DNA of 64,000 nucleotides from Leptogorgia sarmentosa. Its lineage: Eukaryota. Each line of letters begins with the position of its first letter. Within the stretch, counting starts at the first letter, position 1. Under the pieces are notes generated by a model. It did no database searches. It was not told the origin of the DNA and was given only the letters and a program-made list of their open reading frames with translations. This document shows, piece by piece, positions 12,231-25,600 of this stretch. The stretch spans positions 5,766,001 through 5,830,000 of the forward strand of contig OZ210884.1 in assembly GCA_964658305.1 (NCBI GenBank), in the 5' to 3' direction. The position numbers were made by a program, and so were the translations under genes.

Positions 12231-15200
12231 TCAAAATTTGAGTTCAAAATGAGAGTTAAGAATTTTTGAACCATCTGATGAAGTGGTCGTTGTTACCACA
12301 ATTTTTCTTATATTCACTTTACATTCGCATTCTGCAGTAGGCCGCGTGAAAAAACACAAGGTGTAAAGAGCCAATTCAAACTCTGGAGATGTTCCAATTA
12401 GCATATTATCCGTCACTGGTGCTCCTCGATTCCACGAAAACATCATTGAGACAACTTTTGGCTGAAATAAATAACAAACATTGAAAGGAAACTTCTCCGT
12501 ATTTTAACTATGTAATCGGGCATGGCTTCACGCTAGGCAGCTTTTTCTTACCAGATAAATAACGGTCGCCATAAAATAATAACCTTCATCATTTAACACA
12601 AACAAAATCAGTCCAAAAAAACATTCTCTTCACATACGCTGTCCAGGCTCTCTTAACAACGGCATAATTTCGTTAATTGAACAATATCATGGAAAAGTGA
12701 ACATTGTAGAACAACAGAACCAATACATTATGACATAACATGCAGATTTTTTGTTTCGGCACATAATCGGCACCAACAGCAATATGCTAGTATGCGCTTT
12801 TATAAATGCATTGATTGGAAAACCTACGTCATAAGGATAGTAGTGCATATATCCATAATAATTCAATCTTCTAGACTCGAGCATGGCGAATTGAATCCAG
12901 TTTCGAACCGACAGTTTGTATGGATTTCTAACAATTTCGCCCACAAAAATTTTCTGAAATGCCGTCGGGTTTTCCGTGGTAATATTTCCTCTATTGAACC
13001 ACAAATTGAATAAAGTATCTTTAAATTGCGCCTGCAAAGGTATAAAAATACAAAAAAGAAAAAGGCTTTTCATAAAGTAACTGTACGTAGCTACGTGGTA
13101 AAATAAGTTATAAATGCGTTGATTTTTTCGCTGAATTGGGCGAGTAATTGCACCTTGCAATTTTCCTAATTTTGTTAAAAACTTTAGGAAAGCTTGCTAG
13201 ATGTAATTTTCGGCATATTTTTTTTGTGCCTCCAAAACAGACGACTATAGAATCAGTCCTCTGCCCTTTTCTGAGATGGCTAATTCTCCTCTGTTTTCAG
13301 TAAATAATGTTAATTTCCTGTACCCGAAAACGTACCTTGTCAGGGTAAATAAAGTTATTCCTAACAAGATACCAATATAATTCTTGAAAAACCCGTGTTT
13401 TCATTACAGTAGACAAAAACCCGTTCATATGCTTTCTAGTTTTATTCCTTCCAACATGTGAGACTGTACTGTAGCTGGATGGATGGAAGTCTTTAAGGAG
13501 ATCTAGCAAGAAATGAAACAAAATTTTTACAATGCCAGTGCTGTTTAGAGAATATATCGCAGTTTCTTTCCACTTCAAACAATATTTTAGTTTCAAAATC
13601 ACATTGTCGATCGTAATTGTAAAACAATAAGTTTCATGATCAAGTATAGTTTTAGTCGAATTCCTCTTGAGTAAGTGCACATAAAGATTCGCAAATGTTT
13701 CTAATAAACTTCAGTGATAAAAATTGCTTTTTCCAAACAAACATTCGCTGTAATTCATTCATTTGATTGTTTGGAGTGTCTATTGTTTTCCGTAATAAAC
13801 TGATTGTTATATGAAACTGCAGCGTCAGATTAGCAGCACGTTAAAAATATGGACGCCATGCAGGTAGCATTGATCTCGCAAAAACAGATGACCGACAGAA
13901 AATAATGAATTTTAAACCGAACGAGATCTGTTATATTTGTTTTTTGAATGTCTAACACGTTTTTTCTCCAGTCTTACCAATAAATGCTCGATAAGTTGGT
14001 TTTCTCTGAACTTTCGTCATATTGACGAAACGAAACAAACGTCCCCTGGCTTTATCCACAGTAGAATTCTGCATAATTCTTTCTTGTAAGAAAATATCAT
14101 AATCTACTCGGTACTGCATTCTGTTGTGATCATTTCCCCAAAGTCGCTGACATATTGTATCATGGTCACTGATATGACCAAAATGTCCATGCTGCCAATA
14201 CCAGTAATAACTGTACAAGAAGAAACGTTTCACAGTTATAAAAGTAGTACTAGAGTTGTGGAACTAATTTCGTAGACTTTTCAATGTTGATGTTATCTCC
14301 CTTTCACCCCCCTTCCCAATACAATGTTGTTATCGAGACCTCACCCATTGGAAATTTGCACCACCTGAACCAACATTGTTCAAGGAGGAAGGGAAGGGCT
14401 GAGGGGGGCGAAATCATGAGAATTAAGTGAGAGAAACATCAAACATTTCCATGGAAGATGTATCTTTAAAGTATTCCAAGATTGTATTTTGTCGTACCCC
14501 TCCAGGGGAAGGATTTATGGAAGCATAGTCAGTTACCCACTGACTGGCACTGAGGAATTTTTCATGGCGTCATTGTTTCCACTGGCGTGCATGACGTGAT
14601 TATATAACGAAAAAAGTGTCGCTTTGCGCGAGAAAAAAATCGCTTGTGGAAAACCAGCTTAAGGTCGAGGTGTAGTAACCTTAAATGTCGATCATAGATT
14701 GGTGGGTGGTGCGACAACAACATTACAACATATCGCTATAACAAAGTAGGATTTTGACAGAGGGATCCAAGTCTATTCTCATAAATATTTTGAGCTTATC
14801 TAATTGCTCATTATGAGTATCTATAGGTGATTTTGGAGTCTTCTATTATGTCTGCTTTTTGTAGGTGAAATGTTCACATGTACAGTACACTCATGTACAG
14901 GTTTTGCTGGTTTAACCGTCTCCTAATACCGGTAAAGAAATTTTCGAAGAAACGATGCGGCGTAGAAAAAAAACGCGTGCGAGAGCTTTACGCTCGCCAA
15001 GTCAGTGAACTGATTGAGTCTGTATATTGAAATCCAGTCCAGCCCGTGTTTTACAAGTTACAACCTTGTTGAATGTACGTTTCCGTCAGGCTGCTCTCTC
15101 AGTATCACAACATGACGGAGGTTATTTGAAGTAAACAATTCTAAAATATTGCCCGTTTCAAAACCTGAAATTATTTTCACCATGCATTGGCACAATTAAC

Positions 15201-15472
15201 CATCTATTATTACAAGTGGATGCTTTTACGATTGCGCAAGACGGCAGAATAATAAATATAGCAATTTCGTAAGGTTCGGTCTTCAGATGGCTATTGTAGC
15301 TATACGGTAGAAAATCTGTCATTAAGTCGACGTATTGACTCATCACTTACTACCAACTGAACCAATTCCATCCACGTTTTAGTAATCCCCAGTCTTCATG
15401 CGATGAACTCTCTGCAACTGCACAACCAGCGACAAGTAGGAGACAAAATCTGAGCAAGATTTTTGCCATCAT
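12231..15472 (-). CDS. ENDOU: Secreted EndoU/XendoU (poly(U)-specific endoribonuclease) family protein, 318 aa, catalytic residues apparently substituted
   Basis: Exons 15472-15351, 14210-13978, 13502-13336, 13031-12828 and 12461-12231 (957 nt, phases 2,1,0,0). Signal peptide MMAKILLRFCLLLVAGCAVA; family motifs LWGNDHNR, RLFRFVN, KPTYRAFI, LWF, IFVGE, NWIQF, LNYYGY, IGTSPEFELALYTLCF. The symbol denotes family, not proven orthology. Confidence 0.9.
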
Positions 15473-16295
15473 TGTGGCACTCGAATTTGATGCTTACAGA
15501 CGAAACAAAGATAATATTGCGTGCGCTGTGGAGGTCGTGATTGATTAAAAACACATGTCGAAAAATTGCCGACAGTTAAGCGGGCTAGATAAGTCAAATT
15601 GCAATTGAAGAAAATAGACAAAATTTACGCTCCTCGAATTGATTAGGGAAATTGGAAACTGACTTCAAAATATTCCAGTTTTAGATAAAATTTACCAGCA
15701 AAATGTCACAGTCTAAAGTGCTATACGTAATATCAAACCTTCACGTAGTAAAACGCTTTTGTCACACCCCAACTTTAATCACGCACTCCTCGTTCAATAT
15801 AGGCGATATATTGTAAACGCAGTGAACTGAAAATTGTGTGGTGTAAAATGTGTATTGAAATGATAGTGGATTGCAAGTACAACATTCATTTCTATAACAT
15901 TCAGAATTACTTGAAATCGACACTTGAGGCGCCGATTTTCAAAATTTCCTAGCAGGAGACCCGCTGTCCCACCCCAGTATGACTTGCTGGCTTGGTGCTC
16001 GGTCTTTAACTATTTGCTGTGAGATACGACCGCATAATTTGCCACTTGCCCCTCCCCTCCCCTCCCATGGTACAGACCAGCCTGCACGCCACTTAGCGTA
16101 GGTCTGAGAAACATTCTATACCTGCATCTTGAACAGACATGGCCATATAGAAGTTAAATCGTATAATAAACTAAATTCTCTAGTCGAAAGTGTTGTTAAA
16201 TGTCCAATGATGTGTCTTAAAGTTAAAAGTCACCAAGCAATGCGACAACAGGTTCAGTGTATTCACTTTCGCACCAGCAACGTTTCGCACGTTTT

Positions 16296-19200
16296 TTAAA
16301 ATTTTACTGGTTTCTTTTCTACCCTGAATGGTTTATCCAAAGGCAGTACACCACTATCTGAAATTGCGCATTCTGTTTTTGGCTTGTCTTCAAAACCAAC
16401 TTCCATATTCTCAACCTTTAGTACCACGTCCTAAATTTACGTCAGAAAATGAAATAATTGTAAATATATAATTAGCATACATCTTAAAACTATTTTAAGA
16501 ATCGTTGTAGATTTATCCACAATAATAACTGTAATCTTAGGCTCTTTATAAGATTTAGTTGCGGGCTATATAGAATTAGGTCTGTGATACTCCAGGTATG
16601 GCATTAAAACTCAAATATTGCTTCAATAGACTTCGATCATAAGACGGCCAACCTAACATTATGCCGAAATAAATGCGTCATGCAATAGGATTAATGTCTG
16701 CTTTTTTACAAAAATAATCTCTTCATGATTTTAACTCGAAGAGGGTAAATTGATTTTTTTTCATGGTGCCAAAGCCAGTGAATTTCCGCCAAAACTGACA
16801 ATGAAGATTTTGACAATTTTTTGGTTGATAATTTCGATATCAATCGTCCATATAAAGAATCTCGTACACGTGAAGAAATTTCAACCACCACTTCAACAGT
16901 GGCACAGGCGGGCACAGCCAGAACGATGATTTGAAGCAGATATCTTTTAAGGTGTGTCACGATCGAATATATGAAAATGGATTACTCAATTATCGTTGTG
17001 CATGGCTACGCAACTGTGGTGTAATCGCCTTAGAATATACCAGATTGAAGTGCACTGGCAGAATGATAGAAAATTTGACTGTTGTCGACAGAAATGTCGA
17101 ATTATTGTAGTCTGGTTAATATGTATCAAGTATTGTAGGACTCCATCAATTGAAGATTAATTCTTTTCTTCGTAAAAAAAGGAATTTTTTTATGTACATA
17201 CCATTCCTTCAAGTACAATACCAAAAACAACATGTTTGTCATTTAACCAAGGCGTGTTAACTGTAAATATGGCAAACATTGAACCATTTGAGTCTTTCCC
17301 AAAATTTGCCATATTAATCCACCCGGCGCCGTAATGATGAAGTTTAAAATTCTCATCATCGAATATTTCCCCATAAACACTTATACCTGAAAAAAGGATA
17401 AATTTTTTAAATTTATAATTAATTTTATCGTCAACGAGGGGAATATATGCGCAGGGTCTCCACAACTGTATCCGTCAACCATGCTATCATTCCCAGTCGA
17501 CAAACGCTGTAATGCTCTTCAAATTTTAGAAACTAATCCTATATAAGATAACAAAATCCTTATTTGTTATTTTTGTAGGGCAAAGCGGTTTAAGGAGACA
17601 CCTCCTTGATTGATGTTCTAGAACAAAGTATACCAATCAGGAACAAGATGAACCAAAAAAAAGTTGTCGTGAAAATTTAGCTATGGTATTAGACGATTCA
17701 AGAACAACATAATACGTACGTCCTCTACCATCTCCTCGCAAAATGTCTCCACCTTTATGCAAATATGAAAGCGTATATTATATAAGCGTAATTTAACAAG
17801 TTTATATGATTGTTCATAATTATTTTGAATTTTGTAAAATATGCCATACAAATTGAATAATTCAGTAATATCTGACACTGCATGTTCGGCTTTCCTATGG
17901 TCGAAAATGAAATATAAACCAAAAGCCATGCGGATGTATAACAACTTTCAGATAAAACAAAACTGAAAACGTACTAACTCATCCTGCTTTTTTCCACTAA
18001 TTAAATTTAAAAGGCCATTGAATTTGCATCTTACCTTGAATGAGAAAATTCTTGACTACTCGATGAAAAATACTTCCTTTTAGTCCAAAACCTTTCTAGA
18101 TAAATTATGGAAAATAGCCACATTAACAAAGTGTCTGCTGAAAGAAAATTACCAATCTTACAGAATACATATTTACTGAATGAACGTTTCCCTATCAGAT
18201 AAACTTTTGAAAAAGGAAAATTGATTACCAAAGCGGGAAGGAGCAAACTTCTTTTGCCATGCTCCTAGTTTTCCATTTTACGATATTTTGTAATTAAACT
18301 TCACAATTATAGTAATTTTGGGATATTTAAAATTTCGTTCATTCCTCATAATTCACTATTTACCTCATGGGTAGCCAACGCTACGAAATTTCTCACAGTT
18401 TTAGGAACGACCTGACCAAACAGACCAATAACAATGCGACCAGCTTTTTCGCCACCTATCGTTACGTCGAGAAAAACCTAAAAATATTAAGAGCATAAAA
18501 AATGATATCATTGGATGACTCAAACTCGGTCCAGTATGTCCAGGGGGGAGAGGGAGTAGGAACGTTTTGAACCTATTTGGCAGGATCGTTCAGGTTAGAA
18601 TGAAATATTTTAAAATGAATTATTATATCGTATTATAACTTTCGTAATAACGACAGGAACAAGAGGAAAAAGAAGTGGCAAAAATTGGCGGAGGGAACAA
18701 TGGAAGAATAGGGACCCCGATCCCAGCCCTTCAATAAATAATCCAAAATTTTCAGTATGCGGTGCAAGGATAATTTTATCGTGGTACTGATCGAACTTAA
18801 ACGCTTAGACTTCCGGGTCACTATGGTCTGCTGCATATTAACTTTTGTTCCTATCTAACCTTGTGTAACTTCCAGTTACCTTATCAACTAAATACAATTG
18901 TGTCGACCAACATGGTCCTGAAATTTTCATGCGGTATACGATAATGACAATCATAGCATCTTTTAAATCGAAAGAGCAATTTGAGAACGTATATAAATTA
19001 TAGGTTTTAATATAATTATATGTATAAATTTAAGTGCTATTTCAATTAACACAACAGCATATGCATGCAATGGGTGAATGAGATATGAAATGTTGAAATA
19101 TCGACGAGTAACTAATACATTAGACAAACACGCACATAGATACGAGATAGATTTAAACGAGAAAAGATCATGTATGTAAAACAGAGTTCACCTCCACATT

Positions 19201-19418
19201 TACATTAAAGATAAATTGTCGTGATCATATATGTTATAGAATAATATAACAGCGTCTCATTGTTCATTATTGCGCGGTATATTTATATATTACGGAGAAG
19301 CGAAGAAAAATTGAGATACTTTATCTGTAACCATAGGTCCCAAATCTGATCTTGCGTTTACGTATGTAATCCATACAGCAATGGTAAGAAGGAGGTTACA
19401 AATATTTGTTGCTCTCAT
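16296..19418 (-). CDS. PPIB: Cyclophilin B-like peptidyl-prolyl isomerase (secretory pathway), 208 aa
   Basis: Exons 19418-19320, 18477-18364, 18095-18035, 17752-17720, 17386-17202 and 16430-16296 (627 nt, phases 0,0,1,1,0). Signal peptide, then [83 protein letters not shown]. Likely a divergent paralogue. Confidence 0.92.
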
Positions 19419-21267
19419 AGTGCAGTTCAATTCAAAGTTGAAATCACTGAATGATGAACTAGCACTGTTCCGGCTGTGTGAAATATTAATTCATGTAGCA
19501 CATGCAGGTGTTAGATTTCGTCAAAGGTTTCGGATTTCCCCTTGCCCGATGCTGCGGGACAAATGTTGCCCGCGTGGTTAAAAATTTTAATCCTGTGGCA
19601 AATGGCAATTATCTGTAACTGGAATTCCCCGTTCTAAAGTTTTAACTATGCGGTCACATTAAATATTGATCCAGGAATGAAGAACAAAATTTATAATCAC
19701 AGCAAGATAGAGACCATGCTTGAATTCTTGCGAAATGTTGTATAATGCGGAAATTACAGCGGCACAAACTATGCAAATTATATTTTTGTATTAGCTACAT
19801 GCGAAATACGCATATAGCGTAAAATATTATACAAGACCTGCAAATCTTCGCTGGCTTCCCAAGAAAATATTCTCCGGATTTTGCAGGGCAACCAAACCTG
19901 CAATTTTATTAATTTTAACATTCTCTTTCTAGCTGTGGTGATATTGTGATAGATTTGGGATCTCGTTCTAAGGCTGAATCGTCCGATAACTAAAATGAAA
20001 AGTACATTTTCATGTGTCAGGCTAATATGCTTGGCATTTTAATGTCAATTCATTATTTTTCTTGCCATAAACCATTATTTCTGTCGACAATAAACAATTA
20101 AGAGGGCACAATGAATATTATTAGGACATTTAGAAATTTCCAGGTCAATAAAAAATGGTTTGATTAAAACATTGTTGCGCGACAGTGCTTTCCTCTTTAG
20201 GGTATACAATTAAGGATATATATATATATACTTATATTTTTTACCTGTCTATCAACTGGGGTGTACATATTATTGGGTTTTTGCACTTTTATGGTTTGCT
20301 TTGATGTTATGAGCTCACTGATTCATAATATACACTGGTTGTCACTCATTAGTGTGGTTGTCACTCCATGTCTTAAGTGATGCATTTCATTGTAGTTTTT
20401 TCTCTCTTTGTGTATAAATAGACTACGCTATTAACCATTCAAAAGAAGGCATTTACTGATACACGTACATTTTTTTCTTTTCTATGGTTGAATCATTCGT
20501 CAAAGACAACTTAGATAAATTTGCACAGGTATAAACAAAATATTATTCCGTTTTTCATTACGACATTAGCTTAAGAACTTCACAGATTCATGACATTGAA
20601 AACCAGTTGTCACTCACCAGTCACCAGCTAAATACTAGTCTATGTATTGATTTGAATCATCGCACACGCTATTAAAGGTTTATCAATCCATTTTTTATGA
20701 TTTGTTCAATTATCAAGCTCATTATATTGAATTCATTATATTAAATAAGAGCAGTCGTCACTCAGTAATTCCTAATTAAATTCTGCTCTCGAACTCTCTC
20801 TAAATCATCCCACGCTGGCAACGTATTTATAGCCGCTTCGAGATCCATTCAGCAGCATGTTTCATATACCAAATTATATCATCATTATTCAAATAAATAC
20901 GCTAACTTGTGTGCCAAACAAGTGTGGACCACACGTCAGTCTGGCAGCCTTTCTCTGTTGGGAGTATCAAGCAAGCAGGATTTAGAGCAGTTTACATCAA
21001 TTCTAAATATCTTAAAAGTGCTGTCCAGTGGTCCTAGTGGTAAAAATTGTTTGGTCAATGAGATGCACAAAAGGATAAAGTGTATTTGTTAACAAAGCCT
21101 GTAGATACTGTAACGACCATAATTTATTGGTGTTTTTCATTTTATTTTATTTTACGCGTCTTGCATGGGTGCTATCAATACAAGTCCTACCGTTCCGTTT
21201 TTTGTATTACCGAAAATTAGTTTCCACGCTTAAATTACTCAAAGCTCTACTCACTAGAGAAGAAATG

Positions 21268-21325
21268 GTTAGGGTTAGGATTATGTTTAGGTTAGGGTTA
21301 GGATTAGGATTAGGTTTAGGGTTAG
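21268..21325 (+). repeat. Degenerate (TTAGGG/TTAGGA)n interstitial telomere-like repeat
   Basis: ggttagggttaggattatgtttaggttagggttaggattaggattaggtttagggttag. Confidence 0.7.
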
Positions 21326-22628
21326 ACTTTATTAATACTTATAGCAAACGTTATACGGTGGCTCTGCTCTTCAATAAAAGATACATTTCGACAAATTTCA
21401 CAGACCACTGGCACAGTAGCTCCTTCCCGAAAGTATAATGAAAGCTAACTTGGGCAAGCACAAGCAGAACTGTTAACTTTTCATACCTCAAACGACTTAC
21501 TAGATAAATGTTTTCCATGAAAGCATGTCATTTGACATGTCTTGGTTATATTCCCAACCTCCGTCCCCCGCAATTTCATTTATTGCATAATCATGAGTCC
21601 ATTTTCAATATCTCGTTTTTGCCCGCTAGTCATGTCATGTAAACATTGAAAAGTTCACAGTTGTTCTTAATTAACAATGTTTCAAATAACATCAGACACA
21701 CTATGTGGTCCAGTTACAATTAGGTTAGCTGACAAAGTTGGTCCGTGCAACTTGAATTGTTGTCGATCTATATAAAGTTTGTTTATTAAACCCCTTATTG
21801 AGTTGATATCTCAACTATTTAGTCCGTATTGACACGAGCGTTTCCCACTTATTCTTCTCTGAAGTGGCAAAACTCTTGACAGATTCTTTCTCCATAACTC
21901 CTCGAAATTAGCAAGTTTAAGATTCTTTGGGATTATTAAACTCAGACTGTTTGTCTTGGCAAGTAGAATTCGAGCCAAAGTCAACAGATTTGTGTCTCAC
22001 GATTGCGTGCTTATATATGCTAAATGCTGCTCAGTACCACTAATGCTTTCTCAGTATGACGCATATTTATTATCAAAGGCTCATTGTTCTCGACCATTTG
22101 ATCAATTTCGCATTTACCATTTTGGGGGGAACAACAAGTTCACCACTTGGATACTAATCAGTCTCATGCTATGTGTAATATAATTTATATACCGATTTAT
22201 TTAGCGAACATATGGAAAATGCAACAAATGTTTCCAGATTATTGTGAAATATGATATGCTTGCTTGTTGCCAAAGACTAAAATATCTTGTAACTAAAGAA
22301 GATATTACAATTTTTCATCACTGAACACCCAAATTATAATACTCAACGACCGGAAGTGATATTATATTTTGATCGTCTTAGATATATTATGCATCGGATT
22401 TATATTTCTCTCTAAATATGGCATGATGCGGGGAGAGATTGAACTATATATGTACGAAAATGAATACAGTGGATATTGGTTATGTTTAGGGTTTGAGTAG
22501 AACACATTCAAGTTTTCCCTGGCGATTTCCTCGTGAGCAGAGCCAAGAATCATTAATAGGTCGGCTAGGTGTCAAGGTCTGGTGAAGAGACTTGGTTATA
22601 AATGTTGGCTTGTCGAAACGTCGATACA

Positions 22629-25600
22629 ATGGATGCGATATACCGAGTATTGAATAAACATTGTCTCGTACTTTGTATTTTGCTCTTAGAATTGAGCAAT
22701 GTCGACTGTTGTCTACAACACTCCGGGAACGCAGGTAAAGTAAAACGACATTCTCCAAGTTCATACTTTAATAGCTCTTGTGTAGATGGCAGGAATACAC
22801 GTCGGTTACATCAAATATGCTCCTTGTAGAGAACAAATATTGCCAAGTATATAAATATACTTCTTTATAGATATAATTATATTTTAAATAATATTCAATT
22901 AATATTTATATAGTATAACAATACTTCAGTAAAATTGTTGATTAGGTGAAATCTTGTATGAAATTAGCATGAAATTTTGACGACGAAAAATCTTAAGGAG
23001 AACACAAGCAGAGTTATTAAAACATACTTTTTGTTAGCATTTTACGTGTAACCGTGATAATTACAAGACGAAATGTCTTCATTACTAGTTCCGCTACGCC
23101 AATTGTATTTCCCTTTGATATTGCATAATTGAGTGATAAATACAATATTGCTTCTGAAATCTGATCATAGTTGTACTACATGATGTACAAACGAAATTCC
23201 CCGGCTGGCGAATAATCACTGATTTTTCTTCGAGATTTCTACAACAGTAGCTACATGGTAATATTAAGGAAAATAGTCTGGTTGTTTTGTGTCCTGATCA
23301 ATTTTGGCAGCTTTTTAAATGTATTTGGTTATATTTGGTTATCAACACGACACGATTTCTGCATGGCATACACTTCAATTGAATTATTGGAGTAGCTACT
23401 ATAGTGATTTGGGAGAAAATCGACGTAGGCAAAACATAGTAGACAAACATAAACGAATACTTTAATTAATATCCACCATAGCTGGAAGCATAACTGTGTA
23501 AATATGGCACTCTGGAAATGAATTAGATAGATAGAGGACGTCAAGTGCGATATATCTAATATCTTTGTGAGAAATAAATTACATAATTTGTTGCTTTTCC
23601 CCCAAAACTCATGCACGCATGCATTGGCATTTATAAATTATAATCCTCGTCAACATTTAATTTACCCTCCTGACAAACACTTTACACCTTTAGGATTACA
23701 TTTTGTTGTATATGCTAACTTCTAGAAGGTTCTATTGAGTGATTTCAATAACATTGTTATGATATTTCGCTGTTTATACAGTATTACTTTATGCATTTTT
23801 GCAATATCGCATTGAAACATACATGCAGAGGAAGCCACAATCTAGAAATATCCCATAATTGTATCCAATCGAGGGCAAATGGCTGGGAATCGCCGTATCG
23901 CATGATGCTATCATTAATCTATGGCCGACGAAGCCGAAGACAACAGTCAAAAAGCGCTAAACGTTGCTCACTCCCCTTGTTTGACAGTATACAGACAGGA
24001 TTAGAAAACAATTAGAAAAAATTTAATCTTTAATTTACGCTTGTGCAGGGAAACATACACGTAGTATAGCTAATAGGATAACATTCTAATCTATTAAGGA
24101 CGAACACAAACCGATATGTCGTCTATGTTAACTGTTTGTTTAAGATATTTAAACCAATTGCAAGGTAATTAAAAGGAATTTTTGATCACACACCATAGAA
24201 AAGTGTGGGTGAATAGTTGAGTAAAAAACAAAAAATGGTGAGAAGAACGTTAAAAAAATTTAAGGCATCGCAAGGCTGGATTGTTTCACCTTTGTCAAGA
24301 TAAATTTAGTAAATAGCTTTTGAAAGGACACCTGTTGATTGATGAGAATATTATTGAAATATTCCTTTTGTAGTTTATAATAGTAACATAAGATTGAACT
24401 CGGATATTCACCGTGGAGGTATATTTATATATATATCAGTATCGTATATACAATGCATTTCATATGGGTTATCCTGTGAGCCAGGCTGTAGCTACGGCGT
24501 TAATTGAGGGGTGTATATTCATGTATTCATGTTCTGCTCGACAAAATTCCTTTGAAATCAGTTGTTTTTAAATTCATTTGAAAAGAAATCAAACAGGTAG
24601 ATCACGGACCACAAATATCTGAATATATTCCCCCTTACACTACTCAACAGTAATTTTAAATGCTTTAGCTATATACGTACTGTCCTGCCGGTAAACACAA
24701 TTAGAATGTTCGATTGCAACAAGTTTTTTAATTAATGTGCATTTAATTATTGGACTGCCAACAAAGTGTTCTGACTCTGTCATAGCAAATTACTTGTTCA
24801 CTGATGTCACTATGCTGTTGACAATTTGACAGCAAACCGTAAAATATCAAACTTTCACAATAGCCAGATTTCTATCTTAATTAGACTATCACTAACCAAA
24901 ATAACTTTCAGGCCATTGAGACCTATTCACTATAAAACCTGGACGAGGATCCTTTTTTGAAATTTAAAAAAAATAATTTTGTAGATATTTAAAAGATCAA
25001 GAGATTATTACCATTAAAATTCTGCTATTATACCCAATTTTTCACCGGATTTTCACAATCTGGAACTTCGAGCAAGACTAATGGCATGATTTTTATCTTA
25101 AGTTTCAAGGATCGAAAGCTTTTGGCTTCCTTACCACTAATTGGCGAGGTTCGAAGGAGTTCAGTTACAAAACTATACCTCTGTGTCCCAATATATAGCG
25201 TAACTGTTTGTTATTAGCTACACGGCAAAAACTCATCATCTTCAGGGACGTAAGAACCGGAGGGGGGTGTGGCACAGGGGCCGTGCTCAAAATGTTCTCG
25301 CGAGCCCCGCCCCCCGATTTTGGAAACGTTCCTACCTCCCTGATCATCTTAGCTTGTTGCAATATGATGAATGCAGGATTGAACGATCTTCCTCTGGCCA
25401 CATGGTTCATAGTTTTCAAAAATATTCACCAGTGGCAAACCTGATGAATATTATCATGCAAATTAAAACCAAATGCAAATTATCATGTTCTCTTTTGAAC
25501 GACGCGGATTTGCTCTATTTTTAAAAAGATATCCAATACATACCACATTCTTCACTATATTAAAGAACGCTGTTAAATATCCGTATTTAAGTCGAGATTT

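Noticed and set aside
21268..21325. True telomere or chromosome fusion site
   Set aside because: Short, degenerate and single orientation; such tracts are commonly internal to repeats.
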